64,000 bases of DNA from the NCBI GenBank assembly GCA_965223265.1, contig OZ244999.1, forward strand, positions 4,480,001 to 4,544,000. Reading direction: 5' to 3'. A program made the position numbers and the translations under genes. A model generated the notes under the pieces. The model was not told the DNA's origin. It saw only the letters and a program-made list of their open reading frames with translations, and ran no database searches. The DNA is from Planctomycetota bacterium. GTDB taxonomy: Bacteria > Planctomycetota > UBA8108 > SXIK01. Below, one piece after another: positions 40,357 through 50,072 of this stretch; the first letter of the stretch is position 1; each line of letters starts with the position of its first letter.

Positions 40357-42837
40357 TCAGGAGAGTTTCAAGTGCGACAGGTTTCTACGACTAAAAATCT
40401 CTCTCGGTAGTTGTGACAGGGCATCGACGATCGCGTCGATCGCGCCCGCGTCGACAGTCGGCTCCAAGGCTTTTAACTTTGCGGCAACTCGTCGGCCGAA
40501 ATCGCCCACCAAGGCCTCGACGTCCACGTGCGTCTCCGACGCCCCCAGGTCATCCGTACAATGATCCAGGCCTTGCTTTCTTTCATGTTTGTACTGAACC
40601 CGCTTGCAGCCGAGCTCGACGTCTTCATAGCCGTCGTTGAAAATGTCTCTGAGGACGTCGAGCACGCTGACCGCCTCACCGCTTGACGTCGTACAGCTGG
40701 CGCCGCGAAAGGTGAACTTTGCACCATGTTCCAGTTCGACTTTCGTGACTCTCAGTCGAGCCTCCGGTGGCACCGGGCTGTTTTCGTCGGCTTGTCGAAC
40801 CAACTGGAGGACACGATCGTAGACGTCCTGGAAACAGATGAGGAAGCGCACGAGCTCCTCGGTTGTCAGGAAGATAAAATCGAACGAGACCACCACTTCA
40901 CCGCAGGGGCTCCCCTTCATGATCACCGTACGGCCATCACTGGGTTCATGCAGAGAGTCCAGGAGCGAATTGAGAGCGGTTGACGATGGCGGGTCGATCG
41001 TGTCGGTGACGTCACCGTCGTGTGCGTCTCCGAGGTCCGCATGTGAGGTCGAGAGCTGTGGCTCGGCGGCGTCAACCGCCGGGTGCTCGTCCGCAATCGC
41101 TGGCGCGGTCTCTCCCTCAACGGGCAGCTGCGAACAACTGATCGGTGACTCGCAGGCGCCGACCTCGGTATCCGGCGAAACGTCTGCGGGGACATCGATG
41201 GAGCCGCTGATCACATTGGATCCAACTTGCGGCGCTGGAGTCTCGCTCACCGTTGAGTCAAGCGCGACTGTATCTGCTTCGGGTTCGTCAACTGCGTCGA
41301 ACGTACAATCCACCAAGGACCGCAAGTTGAGTCCTTCACACGTCTGCAAGTCTGCCGGATCAACGCCGACGAAACTGCATTCGTTCATGGTGCAGCCCGT
41401 AAACGTAGTCTCTCGCATCAATGAGCCGTTGAAACGCACGGCGCGAAACGTCGTGTTGCTCACTCGAGCACCGACGATCTGTGCATCTCTGAGCGAAATG
41501 TCACCGAATTCACAATCTCTGAGGTCGACACAATCGAACGTCGTGCTACCAAGATTCGTTCCAGCGAACCTGACTCGCGTGACGTTAGAGCGATAGAAAT
41601 CCGCGCGTTCGACCTCGAGATCAGCCAGTTCCATATCTTGGCAAAGCGAGCGGCGGAAACTCACTGCGCGCAAGTTGCAATTGCCGAACACCGTCGACCT
41701 CAGGCTACTACGCTCCAGGATAGCGGCCTCGAAGTTGCAACTCTCGAACACCGCATCAAGAAAGTTCGAACCTGACATCGCGACCTTGGAAAAGGACGAT
41801 TCCTTCACTTTCGCCCCATTCATGTTGACGTTATCGAGCTGGGAATCGTTGAAGGTCACTCCGCTGATGCGGCTGTTGAAGAAACTGCCATGGACGAGCA
41901 TAGCCCCCGTGAAATCAACCTCACGGATCTGCGCTCCTTTGAACGTCGTCCCGCGGCCGGAAACGCCACGCAGGCTCGCTTTCGTCAGTTCAGCACCGGC
42001 AAAATTCGTCGCTGAAAGCTGCGCCCCGTCCAGCCGTGCCCGAGAGAGATTGGAATTGGTCAAATTGGCGTAGGAGAAGTTGACCGAACAAAAATTCATC
42101 CCCTCGAGGTGCATATCCTCGAGGTTGACGCGCGACAGATTGGCTCCCTCGAAATTCACGCCACGAAGAGACCCTTCCAGGAACGTCGCCCCTTCCAGAT
42201 TAGCTCCGGAGAAATCGACCCCATCCAGGTTGATCCTGCTGAAATCGAAGTCGACGAAGTGCGCATCCGTAAACTTGACCCGGTTGATTGCAGTACCTTC
42301 GAACTTCGTCTGCCGAATGAGGCTCTTCGAGAAGTTAGCGTCCGTCAAGTCGACATGTCGAAAGGAGGTATTGACCATCTGTGCTGCCTCAAAGGCGGCA
42401 CCTTGGCACTGGCAGTTACAGAACGACGCGCCACCCAGATTCGTCGACACGAAAATGCTTGCACGAAGGTCGTTCTCAAAGAACTTGCAACGAAACAGGT
42501 TGGCACCTGTGAAATCGCACGAAACGATCTGCGCCGCTTTGAAATCGACACGCCTCAGATCCGTGTTGCGAAACTTAACACGCTCAAAATTCGCCAGGTC
42601 GACCGTCGCCGTTGCAAGGTTCGCGTCGGAAGCGTCAACGTCAGTCAGATTTGCGCCGCATAGATTGGCGCCGGCGAGGTCAGCACCGGACAGATTCGCT
42701 CCCGTCAAATCAGCGCTCTCGAGGTTCGCGCCTTTGAGTTGGCAATGGCTGAGGTCAAGGCCTCCGAGATTGAATCCGCGCAAAGGCTTTCGTTGAGCGA
42801 TGTGCGCAATCACATCTTCCCGGCTCATTTCTGCCAT
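40357..42837 (-). CDS. Very long pentapeptide-repeat protein with an acidic linker and an unknown C-terminal domain
   Basis: About 490 aa of A(D/N)LxxA(D/N)F-type repeats from the N-terminus; RBS GGGG before ATG 42837. Confidence 0.9.
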   Translation of the reverse strand: MAEMSREDVIAHIAQRKPLRGFNLGGLDLSHCQLKGANLESADLTGANLSGADLAGANLCGANLTDVDASDANLATATVDLANFERVKFRNTDLRRVDFKAAQIVSCDFTGANLFRCKFFENDLRASIFVSTNLGGASFCNCQCQGAAFEAAQMVNTSFRHVDLTDANFSKSLIRQTKFEGTAINRVKFTDAHFVDFDFSRINLDGVDFSGANLEGATFLEGSLRGVNFEGANLSRVNLEDMHLEGMNFCSVNFSYANLTNSNLSRARLDGAQLSATNFAGAELTKASLRGVSGRGTTFKGAQIREVDFTGAMLVHGSFFNSRISGVTFNDSQLDNVNMNGAKVKESSFSKVAMSGSNFLDAVFESCNFEAAILERSSLRSTVFGNCNLRAVSFRRSLCQDMELADLEVERADFYRSNVTRVRFAGTNLGSTTFDCVDLRDCEFGDISLRDAQIVGARVSNTTFRAVRFNGSLMRETTFTGCTMNECSFVGVDPADLQTCEGLNLRSLVDCTFDAVDEPEADTVALDSTVSETPAPQVGSNVISGSIDVPADVSPDTEVGACESPISCSQLPVEGETAPAIADEHPAVDAAEPQLSTSHADLGDAHDGDVTDTIDPPSSTALNSLLDSLHEPSDGRTVIMKGSPCGEVVVSFDFIFLTTEELVRFLICFQDVYDRVLQLVRQADENSPVPPEARLRVTKVELEHGAKFTFRGASCTTSSGEAVSVLDVLRDIFNDGYEDVELGCKRVQYKHERKQGLDHCTDDLGASETHVDVEALVGDFGRRVAAKLKALEPTVDAGAIDAIVDALSQLPREIFSRRNLSHLKLS

Positions 42838-42957
42838 GGTTATCCCCTGAGATGGTGAAGCCCCCTCCACACTCCAGGGTCAGACGTTTCCGGCGGTTGA
42901 TGCTTCGTGCGCAACCGAAGACCTTGCATGCCAGATCGTCTAGGCAAAAGGCGAAGA

Positions 42958-42986
42958 AGTATAGAATCGCCATGGGTGGACGTCAA
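42958..42986 (-). promoter_or_regulatory. Sigma70-type promoter TTGACG-N17-TATACT
   Basis: Near-consensus hexamers with ideal spacing, about 120 nt upstream of the pentapeptide gene. Confidence 0.65.
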
Positions 42987-43147
42987 ACCATGACGATCTT
43001 CCACACTTGTAACGCTCTGGGACAGACCGACGTTACGTCAACGAAGTGGTTCCGGCGTGTCCAAGTCTTGGACACCGCACGACCAATCCCCGTTCGGGTT
43101 TTCGAACCGAGTCGTGCCGATGCGGAGTTGAGCTGCTCACCGCTCCT

Positions 43148-46100
43148 TCATTTCCGGACGGCTTGCCGCTCCATTGCATCCGGGTCGTAGCTGTCGAGCT
43201 CGACAGACACTTGAGTCGACACGCCACGCTCTTGCATCGTCACGCCGTAAAGCGTATCGGCCTCGGCCATGGTCGCCTTGTTATGGGAAACGACGATAAA
43301 CTGGGTCGACTCGAGAAACTCGCTCAGGAGGACGATGAAACGCCCAACGTTCACTTCGTCGAGTGGCGCATCGACCTCATCAAGGATGCAGAACGGACAC
43401 GGGCGCGACTTGAAGATCGCGAACAGGAGCGCCAACGTCGTCATCGTTTTCTCGCCACCAGACATGAGTGAAAGAGACGAGATGCGCTTACCGGGTGGAC
43501 GCGCGACGATTTCAATTCCGGACTCAAGCACGTCGTCCTCGTCCTCGAGCACCAGATCGGCCTTGCCGCCGCCAAAGCACTTGCGGAAGAGCTCCGAGAA
43601 ATTCTCCCTGACTTGTGTGAAGCTCGTGAAAAACTTCTCGCGACTCGTGACGTTGATGTCCTCGATAATCGCAGACAGACTCTGCTGACTCTCGACAAGG
43701 TCATCGCGCTGTGAGCGCTGGAACTCAAATCGCTGCTCGAGCTCGTCGAGCTCCTCAAGCGCAGCGAGATTGACGCTTCCCATGCGCCGCATGCTTTCTT
43801 GCAGCGTGCGCATCTCTGCACGGCTCTCCTCGGCGTTCCACTCTGGATCGGGCACCAGACACGCCGCTTCGCTTGGCGCTTCAATGTCGCTGACGCTCAT
43901 GGCGTCGAGTCGCGCTCTCTCCTGGCACACAAGGGGCTCTAGCTGCTGCCAACGCTCCTCCGCACTGGGCTCACCGCTCTGCTTCCCGCCTTTGGCTCGT
44001 TTTCCGCGGTCAGGCCAGTCGTCGCCGCTCGCAGCCGTCGATTCCGCCGCCCCTTGCCCACTCGTCTCAACTCGCTCGGCGGCGACCTCGTCAGCAGCGG
44101 CGCCGTCCTCAACTTCGCGCTGGTCAACATCGCCTTCAAGATCGCCGTCCACATCGCCGGTGTCACCTTCCTCAAGCCGTCGCAGAGCCGCATCCACGGC
44201 CGGCTCCCACGACAGAACGGCATTAAGGTCAAGACCATACTCCTCATCCATGCGCTCGAGTGTGTTGTTGCGCCGATGCCGCTCTTCTTGGTCTTGCAGC
44301 TGTGCTTCCTCTCGCCGCTTTTGCAGTCGCGAGATCTCACTTCGCAACCGATCACTCTCCTGCTGAAATCGTTCCTCCTCGGCGAGCATTTCAGCTTCAG
44401 CATCTTCCTCTGCCTCCACCAGGCTCCGCAAGGTCGCGACGCGCTCCTCGATTTGCACCGCCTCTTGGCGAGCGTTCACAACCGACTCCTGCGTCTCACC
44501 GCGCCGAGCTCGCAGCGCCTCGATATCTTTGGTGAGGCTTTCCAGGTCGCCACGCTTCTCAGCCATGGTCGCTTCCTGCCGTTTGAGCAGCTCCCGTGCC
44601 CCTTCCTCGCGGCGCTCACTCTGTGCCAAAAGCAGTCTGGCCTGCGTCAGCGACTCGTCCGACTCTTGCAGCTTGTCCGCCGCCGACCGCACAGACTCCT
44701 CAAGACTGTCGATCGCCTCCTCGCAAGCCTTCTCCTGTGAGTCGATGGCTTTCAACTCTTCCTTCAGAACGCTCAGCTTCTCCGCTCGCTGTGCGATCTC
44801 TGCCTGCAGCTCGGCATCCTCGTCGGCATGTACTTTTGACTCGCGCTGGAGGCGGTCGACGTCGCGCCGCACCTGCGCCAGCTTCTCCTCACTCTGCGTG
44901 CGCAGTCGGGAGTTTTCCGCCAGCGCCGCCGTGGCAGTTTCCCACTCCGCCTGCTTGTCTGCAATCTGCCGCTGCACCTCCGAGAGCCGCTGGCGCGTCT
45001 GACGTTCCTCGAGGGTGTACTGCTCGACCTCGCGCTTCAGCTCTTCCAGCTCGCTGCGACGCGAGATCAACCCAAGCTCCGTTTCGCCATGGATTGACAG
45101 AGCACCCCAAGGTTCGATCACCTCACCGGCGAGCGTCACCAGACGGAATGGTCGCAAGCCATTGCGCGAGAGACTTACCGCTGTGTCAAAGTCAGTCACC
45201 AGCAAGACGTTGGCGAGAAGTCGATCAAGTAACTCCGAGAAAAGATCCGGGACCACTACGAAGTCGCGCAATCGACCGATCACACCTTCGTGACGCGAGT
45301 AGTCTTCGTGCGGTAGAACATCGACACGGTCGAGACAGATGACCTCGATCGAACTCACGTCCTCGGCTCGCGCCAAGTCTAGAAGCTCCAGCGCCCCTTC
45401 ATGGGTCTCAACGACGAACGCCTGTGCGCGCTCGGCCAGTATGGCCTCAACGGCGAGAGCGTACTTGCGCTCGACCTTTAAAAGCGCAGCAAGTAGGCCA
45501 TGCGCATCACCCAACTCGCGGAGCTTCTCTTCGTTGGCGAGGATCTCGCGCACACCGCGACCGACGCCTTCAAAATTACGTTCCAGTGTCTCGAGCACCT
45601 CGCAGCGCGATTGTTTCTGGTGCAGCTGTGACAGCTTGTCTTCCAGTTCCCCTTGCACCGTCGCGCCGACCTGTCGCAGCTCGGTGAGCTGCCGGCTCAA
45701 GCATTCGCAGCTCGCCTCAAGCTCTTGACGCTCGACGTCGAGAGCGGCGAAAGCCTTCTCTTCGTTAGATTCGTTCGCACGCTCACCCTCGAGCCGCTCG
45801 GTAAGCTCCCCGACCAAGGCGACCAGGCGCGTCGATCGTGCCTGCAAGTTGCTCAACTCGGAGTCGAGCTGGACCGACTGGTTTGCGACGCGCGAGCGCC
45901 GCTGCAGCACACTCACGAGTTCGTCTTTCTTATGCCGCAGCTGCTGCTGGAAGCTATCACTCTGCTCGCGCTGCTGCTGCCGGTTCGCTAGCCAGGTCTC
46001 CACGGCCTCCTTCTGTGCCGAAATCGCTCGCCCGATCTCTTCGATTTCTAACGACTCCGCCCGCATCTGTTCTTCCACCCGGCTCACCGCCGCCTGCGTT

Positions 46101-47080
46101 TCAGAGACGCCTGCGAGCTTTCGCGACTCCTCCCCCTCAAGCTCGGCAATGCGCTGTGTCGCATGCTCAAGCTTCTGGCGCGTCCGCTCCAGAAGCACTT
46201 GCTCCGACGAGAATTTCTCGCGCAGCTCCCGAGCCCGTTCGACGCGCTGCTGACGCTTCTGTGCTCTGTCGTCGAGCTTTGCCTGCAGCCTCGCGAGGAG
46301 AGACTCTAAGCGCCGAATGCTGAAGTGGCACCAGTGCAGCCGCGCCGAAACGTCCGTTCGCACGTGCAGAGACTTCTTGTACGATTCGAGAGCAGCGCGG
46401 ACGCGAAGTTCCTTGAGACGATCGGAATAGCGGCGGTAACGCTTCGCCTTCGACGCCTGGGACTTGAGCCGCTGCACCCGACGCGCCACTTCGTCGAGGA
46501 CATCGTTGAGTCGAGACAGATTGTCTTCGACGCGCGCGAGAGCGCGGAGCGTTTCCGCCTTCTTGGCGCGATACTTCGAGATTCCAGCCGCTTCTTCGAA
46601 GATGATTCGCCGGTCATACTGATTCGCTTGCAAGAGGACATCGATTCGCCCCTGCTCGAGAATTGAATACGACGTGCGACCGATGCCCGTATCCATCGTC
46701 AGCGCTTTGATGTCCTTGAGGCGGCAGCGCTCCTTGTTGATCAGGTACTCGCTCTCACCGCTGCGGTAGAGACGGCGCGTGATCGCAACTTCGGCGAAGT
46801 CGACGTCGAGAAAGCGATCCTGATTATCGAAGACGACCGTAACTTCGGCGAAACCGGTCGGCTTGCGGATCTGTGTGCCGTTGAAGATCACGTCGCGCAT
46901 CTCTGAGCCGCGCATGCCCTTCGCGGACTGCTCGCCAAAGATCCACTTGAATGCATCAACGACGTTCGATTTGCCGCAGCCGTTCGGCCCGACAACCGCA
47001 GTCATCCCGTCGGCGAACTCTAGGGATGTGCGGTCGGCAAACGACTTGAAGCCGAACATTTCCAGTTTTTTGAGGTGCAT
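43148..47080 (-). CDS. smc: Chromosome segregation protein SMC
   Basis: GFKSF, GPNGCGKSN, central hinge, LMSGGEK, FCILDEVDAPLD. Confidence 0.97.
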   Translation of the reverse strand: MHLKKLEMFGFKSFADRTSLEFADGMTAVVGPNGCGKSNVVDAFKWIFGEQSAKGMRGSEMRDVIFNGTQIRKPTGFAEVTVVFDNQDRFLDVDFAEVAITRRLYRSGESEYLINKERCRLKDIKALTMDTGIGRTSYSILEQGRIDVLLQANQYDRRIIFEEAAGISKYRAKKAETLRALARVEDNLSRLNDVLDEVARRVQRLKSQASKAKRYRRYSDRLKELRVRAALESYKKSLHVRTDVSARLHWCHFSIRRLESLLARLQAKLDDRAQKRQQRVERARELREKFSSEQVLLERTRQKLEHATQRIAELEGEESRKLAGVSETQAAVSRVEEQMRAESLEIEEIGRAISAQKEAVETWLANRQQQREQSDSFQQQLRHKKDELVSVLQRRSRVANQSVQLDSELSNLQARSTRLVALVGELTERLEGERANESNEEKAFAALDVERQELEASCECLSRQLTELRQVGATVQGELEDKLSQLHQKQSRCEVLETLERNFEGVGRGVREILANEEKLRELGDAHGLLAALLKVERKYALAVEAILAERAQAFVVETHEGALELLDLARAEDVSSIEVICLDRVDVLPHEDYSRHEGVIGRLRDFVVVPDLFSELLDRLLANVLLVTDFDTAVSLSRNGLRPFRLVTLAGEVIEPWGALSIHGETELGLISRRSELEELKREVEQYTLEERQTRQRLSEVQRQIADKQAEWETATAALAENSRLRTQSEEKLAQVRRDVDRLQRESKVHADEDAELQAEIAQRAEKLSVLKEELKAIDSQEKACEEAIDSLEESVRSAADKLQESDESLTQARLLLAQSERREEGARELLKRQEATMAEKRGDLESLTKDIEALRARRGETQESVVNARQEAVQIEERVATLRSLVEAEEDAEAEMLAEEERFQQESDRLRSEISRLQKRREEAQLQDQEERHRRNNTLERMDEEYGLDLNAVLSWEPAVDAALRRLEEGDTGDVDGDLEGDVDQREVEDGAAADEVAAERVETSGQGAAESTAASGDDWPDRGKRAKGGKQSGEPSAEERWQQLEPLVCQERARLDAMSVSDIEAPSEAACLVPDPEWNAEESRAEMRTLQESMRRMGSVNLAALEELDELEQRFEFQRSQRDDLVESQQSLSAIIEDINVTSREKFFTSFTQVRENFSELFRKCFGGGKADLVLEDEDDVLESGIEIVARPPGKRISSLSLMSGGEKTMTTLALLFAIFKSRPCPFCILDEVDAPLDEVNVGRFIVLLSEFLESTQFIVVSHNKATMAEADTLYGVTMQERGVSTQVSVELDSYDPDAMERQAVRK

Positions 47081-47207
47081 GCGTTGTTCTCAAAAGCTCA
47101 CGAAGAGTCGTCGTCGACGCTTCGCGTCCTGTTTCTCGTTCACTCTCTTCAACGGACCGTCGATCTTTCCTTCTCTCTTCGGCGACACACCGGCTCAAGT
47201 ATTTGGG

Positions 47208-47897
47208 TCAGCTGGTACGGCTCGCAGGGTCCACCGAGCGGAGCTCGCTGGATCTCCGCGCCGCCGCGTCGCCCCTCGCCTTCTGCGTGCCCGCACCTCG
47301 CCCACCCCGTCTCACACCGGCCTCTTCTTGCACGGAGCCGGCACCTTCGACCGACTCGGGGCGTTCAACGGAATCTGACTCTGATTGTGAATCTGTCGCG
47401 CGGCTTGGACGATCTTCCCCAAGTTCCGCGGCACGTCCTGAGAGCTGTCGCTTCTCGAGCGCTAGTACCGCGTGCAAGAATTCGTCGACGTCCTTGAATT
47501 CCCGATAGACGGACGCAAACCGAACATAGGCGACGTGATCGACGTCGCGAAGCGCTTCGCTCACCATTTGGCCGATGATTTTTGTGCTCACTTCACTGTC
47601 GTGCTGCTCGAAGACCCGAGCCTCAACGGTGGAAACGATGTTCTCGATCTGCTCCATCGACGTGTTACGCTTCTCGCACGCCTTCAGTAGCCCATGAAGA
47701 ATCTTATCGCGACAAAACGTCTCGTAGCTAGAGTCCTTCTTAATGACGCGCCTGGGTGAGGACTCCGTACGCTCGTAGGTCGTGAACCGTTTGCCACACG
47801 CCGAGCACTCGCGCCGGCGACGGATCACCCGGCCTTCGCCGATCGTGCGGCTATCAACGACGTGGTCGTCATCAACTCGGCAAAACGGACAACGCAT
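47208..47897 (-). CDS. nrdR: Transcriptional repressor NrdR with a C-terminal low-complexity extension
   Basis: MRCPFC...IRRRRECSACGKRFTTYE, ATP cone, DHVAYVRFASVYREF. Confidence 0.96.
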   Translation of the reverse strand: MRCPFCRVDDDHVVDSRTIGEGRVIRRRRECSACGKRFTTYERTESSPRRVIKKDSSYETFCRDKILHGLLKACEKRNTSMEQIENIVSTVEARVFEQHDSEVSTKIIGQMVSEALRDVDHVAYVRFASVYREFKDVDEFLHAVLALEKRQLSGRAAELGEDRPSRATDSQSESDSVERPESVEGAGSVQEEAGVRRGGRGAGTQKARGDAAARRSSELRSVDPASRTS

Positions 47898-48321
47898 AGA
47901 CTCCCTCAAATCGCGTCCTGGCTATTGCAAAGTCCGGCGCCAACGCTGCACCGAATCGCTCGTCAGAAAGGCGGATGAGCTCCTCCTCACGGCCGAATCT
48001 GCCGGACTCGCGCGCCTCAACTGCGGGCGCAGCACGATTCCGAAGCCGTGGCCGAAAACGTGGGCTCTTGGCGACAACCTCCGTTGACAGCCAAGCGCCA
48101 CTCCTCTTCACTTGGACGGACTCTCTCTTCACCGTTCCGGGGCAAGCTGGCGACCAGCTCACGTAAAACTCTCTGTCCCAGAACAATAGGCAAATTTTAT
48201 CGGTCGCCGCGGTCGACTTCAAGTGTGCCAGCGACGATTCTCGAGCCTTGGTGCACAGGTTGTCCGGCAGGCTCCAGCTCCGGAAAGCCGCCACGAACAC
48301 AGCTCGGCGGGCGCAGGCAGC

Positions 48322-49872
48322 TCACTTGCCGATGCAGAATCGGGAGAAAATCTGCCCCAGGATCCGATCCGAGGACACCACCTCGCCGGATAGAGTGGAG
48401 AGCGCGTCCAGCCCACCACGCAGCTCTGCGGCGACGAACTCGTACCCGAGATCCGTGGCGAGGGCAGTCTCCGCCCGGACAAGCTCCGCGCACGTCGACT
48501 GCAGCTTGGCTTCCTGGTGTGCACTCACGAGAAACTCGGCGCGGGCCGAAGAGGCCGCGCGCGGCCGGTCCGCTGGGGCGTGGAGGACCCGGTCGATCAA
48601 CGCCTCGATTCCGTCGCCGGTGTGCGCCGAAACGAGGCTTGGCCGCTGCCGCTCCAGACGCCACTCCCGGAGCCATCGCGCCGCCGCGCTCGGCGTCAGA
48701 AGGTCGCTCTTCTGGACGACCGGGACGGCCTCCCTCACGGCTCCAGATAGCGCGTCGAACTCGGCCAGAGACGCGGCGCCGCCGTCGGAGCCAGACGGAT
48801 CAACAACCCAGAGCACGACGTCGGCATCTTCGAGTTCGATCCGCGTCAGCCGCTCCACAACGCGCCAGATCGCCGCGTCGGACGGATCCCTCGCCCCGGC
48901 GTGCTCGCTGCTGCCGCGGAACACCACACCGTCAGAGACTGGGTCATCGGCGACCGCACGGTCATGCCGTGCCGCGTTCGCGCCGACGAAAAAACGAACG
49001 TCGTAGAAACCCGCCAAATCGATCCACTCGACCGATCGGCCGTGCTGCCTGGTGAATACACGCACCGGATCGCGCGTTGTCCCCGCCATCGGCGTGGCAA
49101 TCGCCGCCTCCTGCGCCGCGACAGCGTTGAGCAAGCTCGACTTCCCGGCGTTCGGAAAACCGGCCAAAACAACCCGCAGCTGCGACGCGGAGCGGGCGCG
49201 ACGATGGCAAACCTTGAGGAGCGATTCGACCTTTTCGCGGACGCTGGTGACGCGCTCCGCGACCGAGGCGCGCGCGAGCAGCGGCAAGTCCTCGTCGGGA
49301 AAGTCGAGCCCCGCTTCAACCAGCGCCACCGTCTCGAGTAGTTCACCGGCGATCGCATCCACGCACGCGCGAAACTCGCCCCGCAGCGTTCGCCGCGCCG
49401 CCTTGGCCTCCGCTGCCCCATGAGCTGCGATCAAATCGCCCACCGCTTCAGCCTGCGACAGTTCCAAACGGCCGCTCAGAAACGCGCGGAGCGTGAACTC
49501 GCCGGGCGCTGCCAAGCGCACCCCCGGCGCTTTCCCGCGCGGCGGTGTAAGCACTGCGCGCACAATCGCCGCCAGCACCGGCGGCGAGCCGCAGACTAGC
49601 AGCTCCACCATGTCTTCGCCAGTGTACGACTTCGGCGCTCGATAAACCGTGGCCCACACCTCGAGCTGTTCACCTGCCGAAAGCGTCAGCTCAAGCCTAA
49701 CGCTTGAAAAACCGCCGCACTCAAGCGCGGCCGCACTCGCAGGCTCTGCAAGCCGCGCCACGGTAGCAATCGCCGCCACACCACTCACTCGAACGAGTGC
49801 GCGTGCTCCCGAACCGGAGGGGGTAGCGACCGCGACGATGGTTTCGGCAGGGTCCGCGACTGGCTGACTCAT
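48322..49872 (-). CDS. mnmE: tRNA modification GTPase MnmE (TrmE)
   Basis: TIVAVATP, APKSYTGED, PGEFTLRAFLSG, GFPNAGKSSL, GTTRD, IFSRFCIGK. Confidence 0.95.
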   Translation of the reverse strand: MSQPVADPAETIVAVATPSGSGARALVRVSGVAAIATVARLAEPASAAALECGGFSSVRLELTLSAGEQLEVWATVYRAPKSYTGEDMVELLVCGSPPVLAAIVRAVLTPPRGKAPGVRLAAPGEFTLRAFLSGRLELSQAEAVGDLIAAHGAAEAKAARRTLRGEFRACVDAIAGELLETVALVEAGLDFPDEDLPLLARASVAERVTSVREKVESLLKVCHRRARSASQLRVVLAGFPNAGKSSLLNAVAAQEAAIATPMAGTTRDPVRVFTRQHGRSVEWIDLAGFYDVRFFVGANAARHDRAVADDPVSDGVVFRGSSEHAGARDPSDAAIWRVVERLTRIELEDADVVLWVVDPSGSDGGAASLAEFDALSGAVREAVPVVQKSDLLTPSAAARWLREWRLERQRPSLVSAHTGDGIEALIDRVLHAPADRPRAASSARAEFLVSAHQEAKLQSTCAELVRAETALATDLGYEFVAAELRGGLDALSTLSGEVVSSDRILGQIFSRFCIGK

Positions 49873-50072
49873 GGCCGCCGCCGGGTGCCGAGCGTCGACG
49901 ACGACACGTTCGACGCGGCAGCGCGCCTCTGTTCGTGTCCGCCTCTGTCACCGTCCCCGTGCCCGTCCCCAAATCCGTTTCGATCTCGGCGTCTGGCCAT
50001 CAGTCCCCGCTCCCCGCAGGGAGCATTCGGCGTGCCGTGCAGATCCGACCTCCGACGGCGTGAGGCGAACCG

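Noticed and set aside
43148-47080. SMC as part of a Wadjet/MksBEF-type defence system
   Set aside because: Canonical housekeeping Smc motifs; no jetA/B/D-like neighbours.
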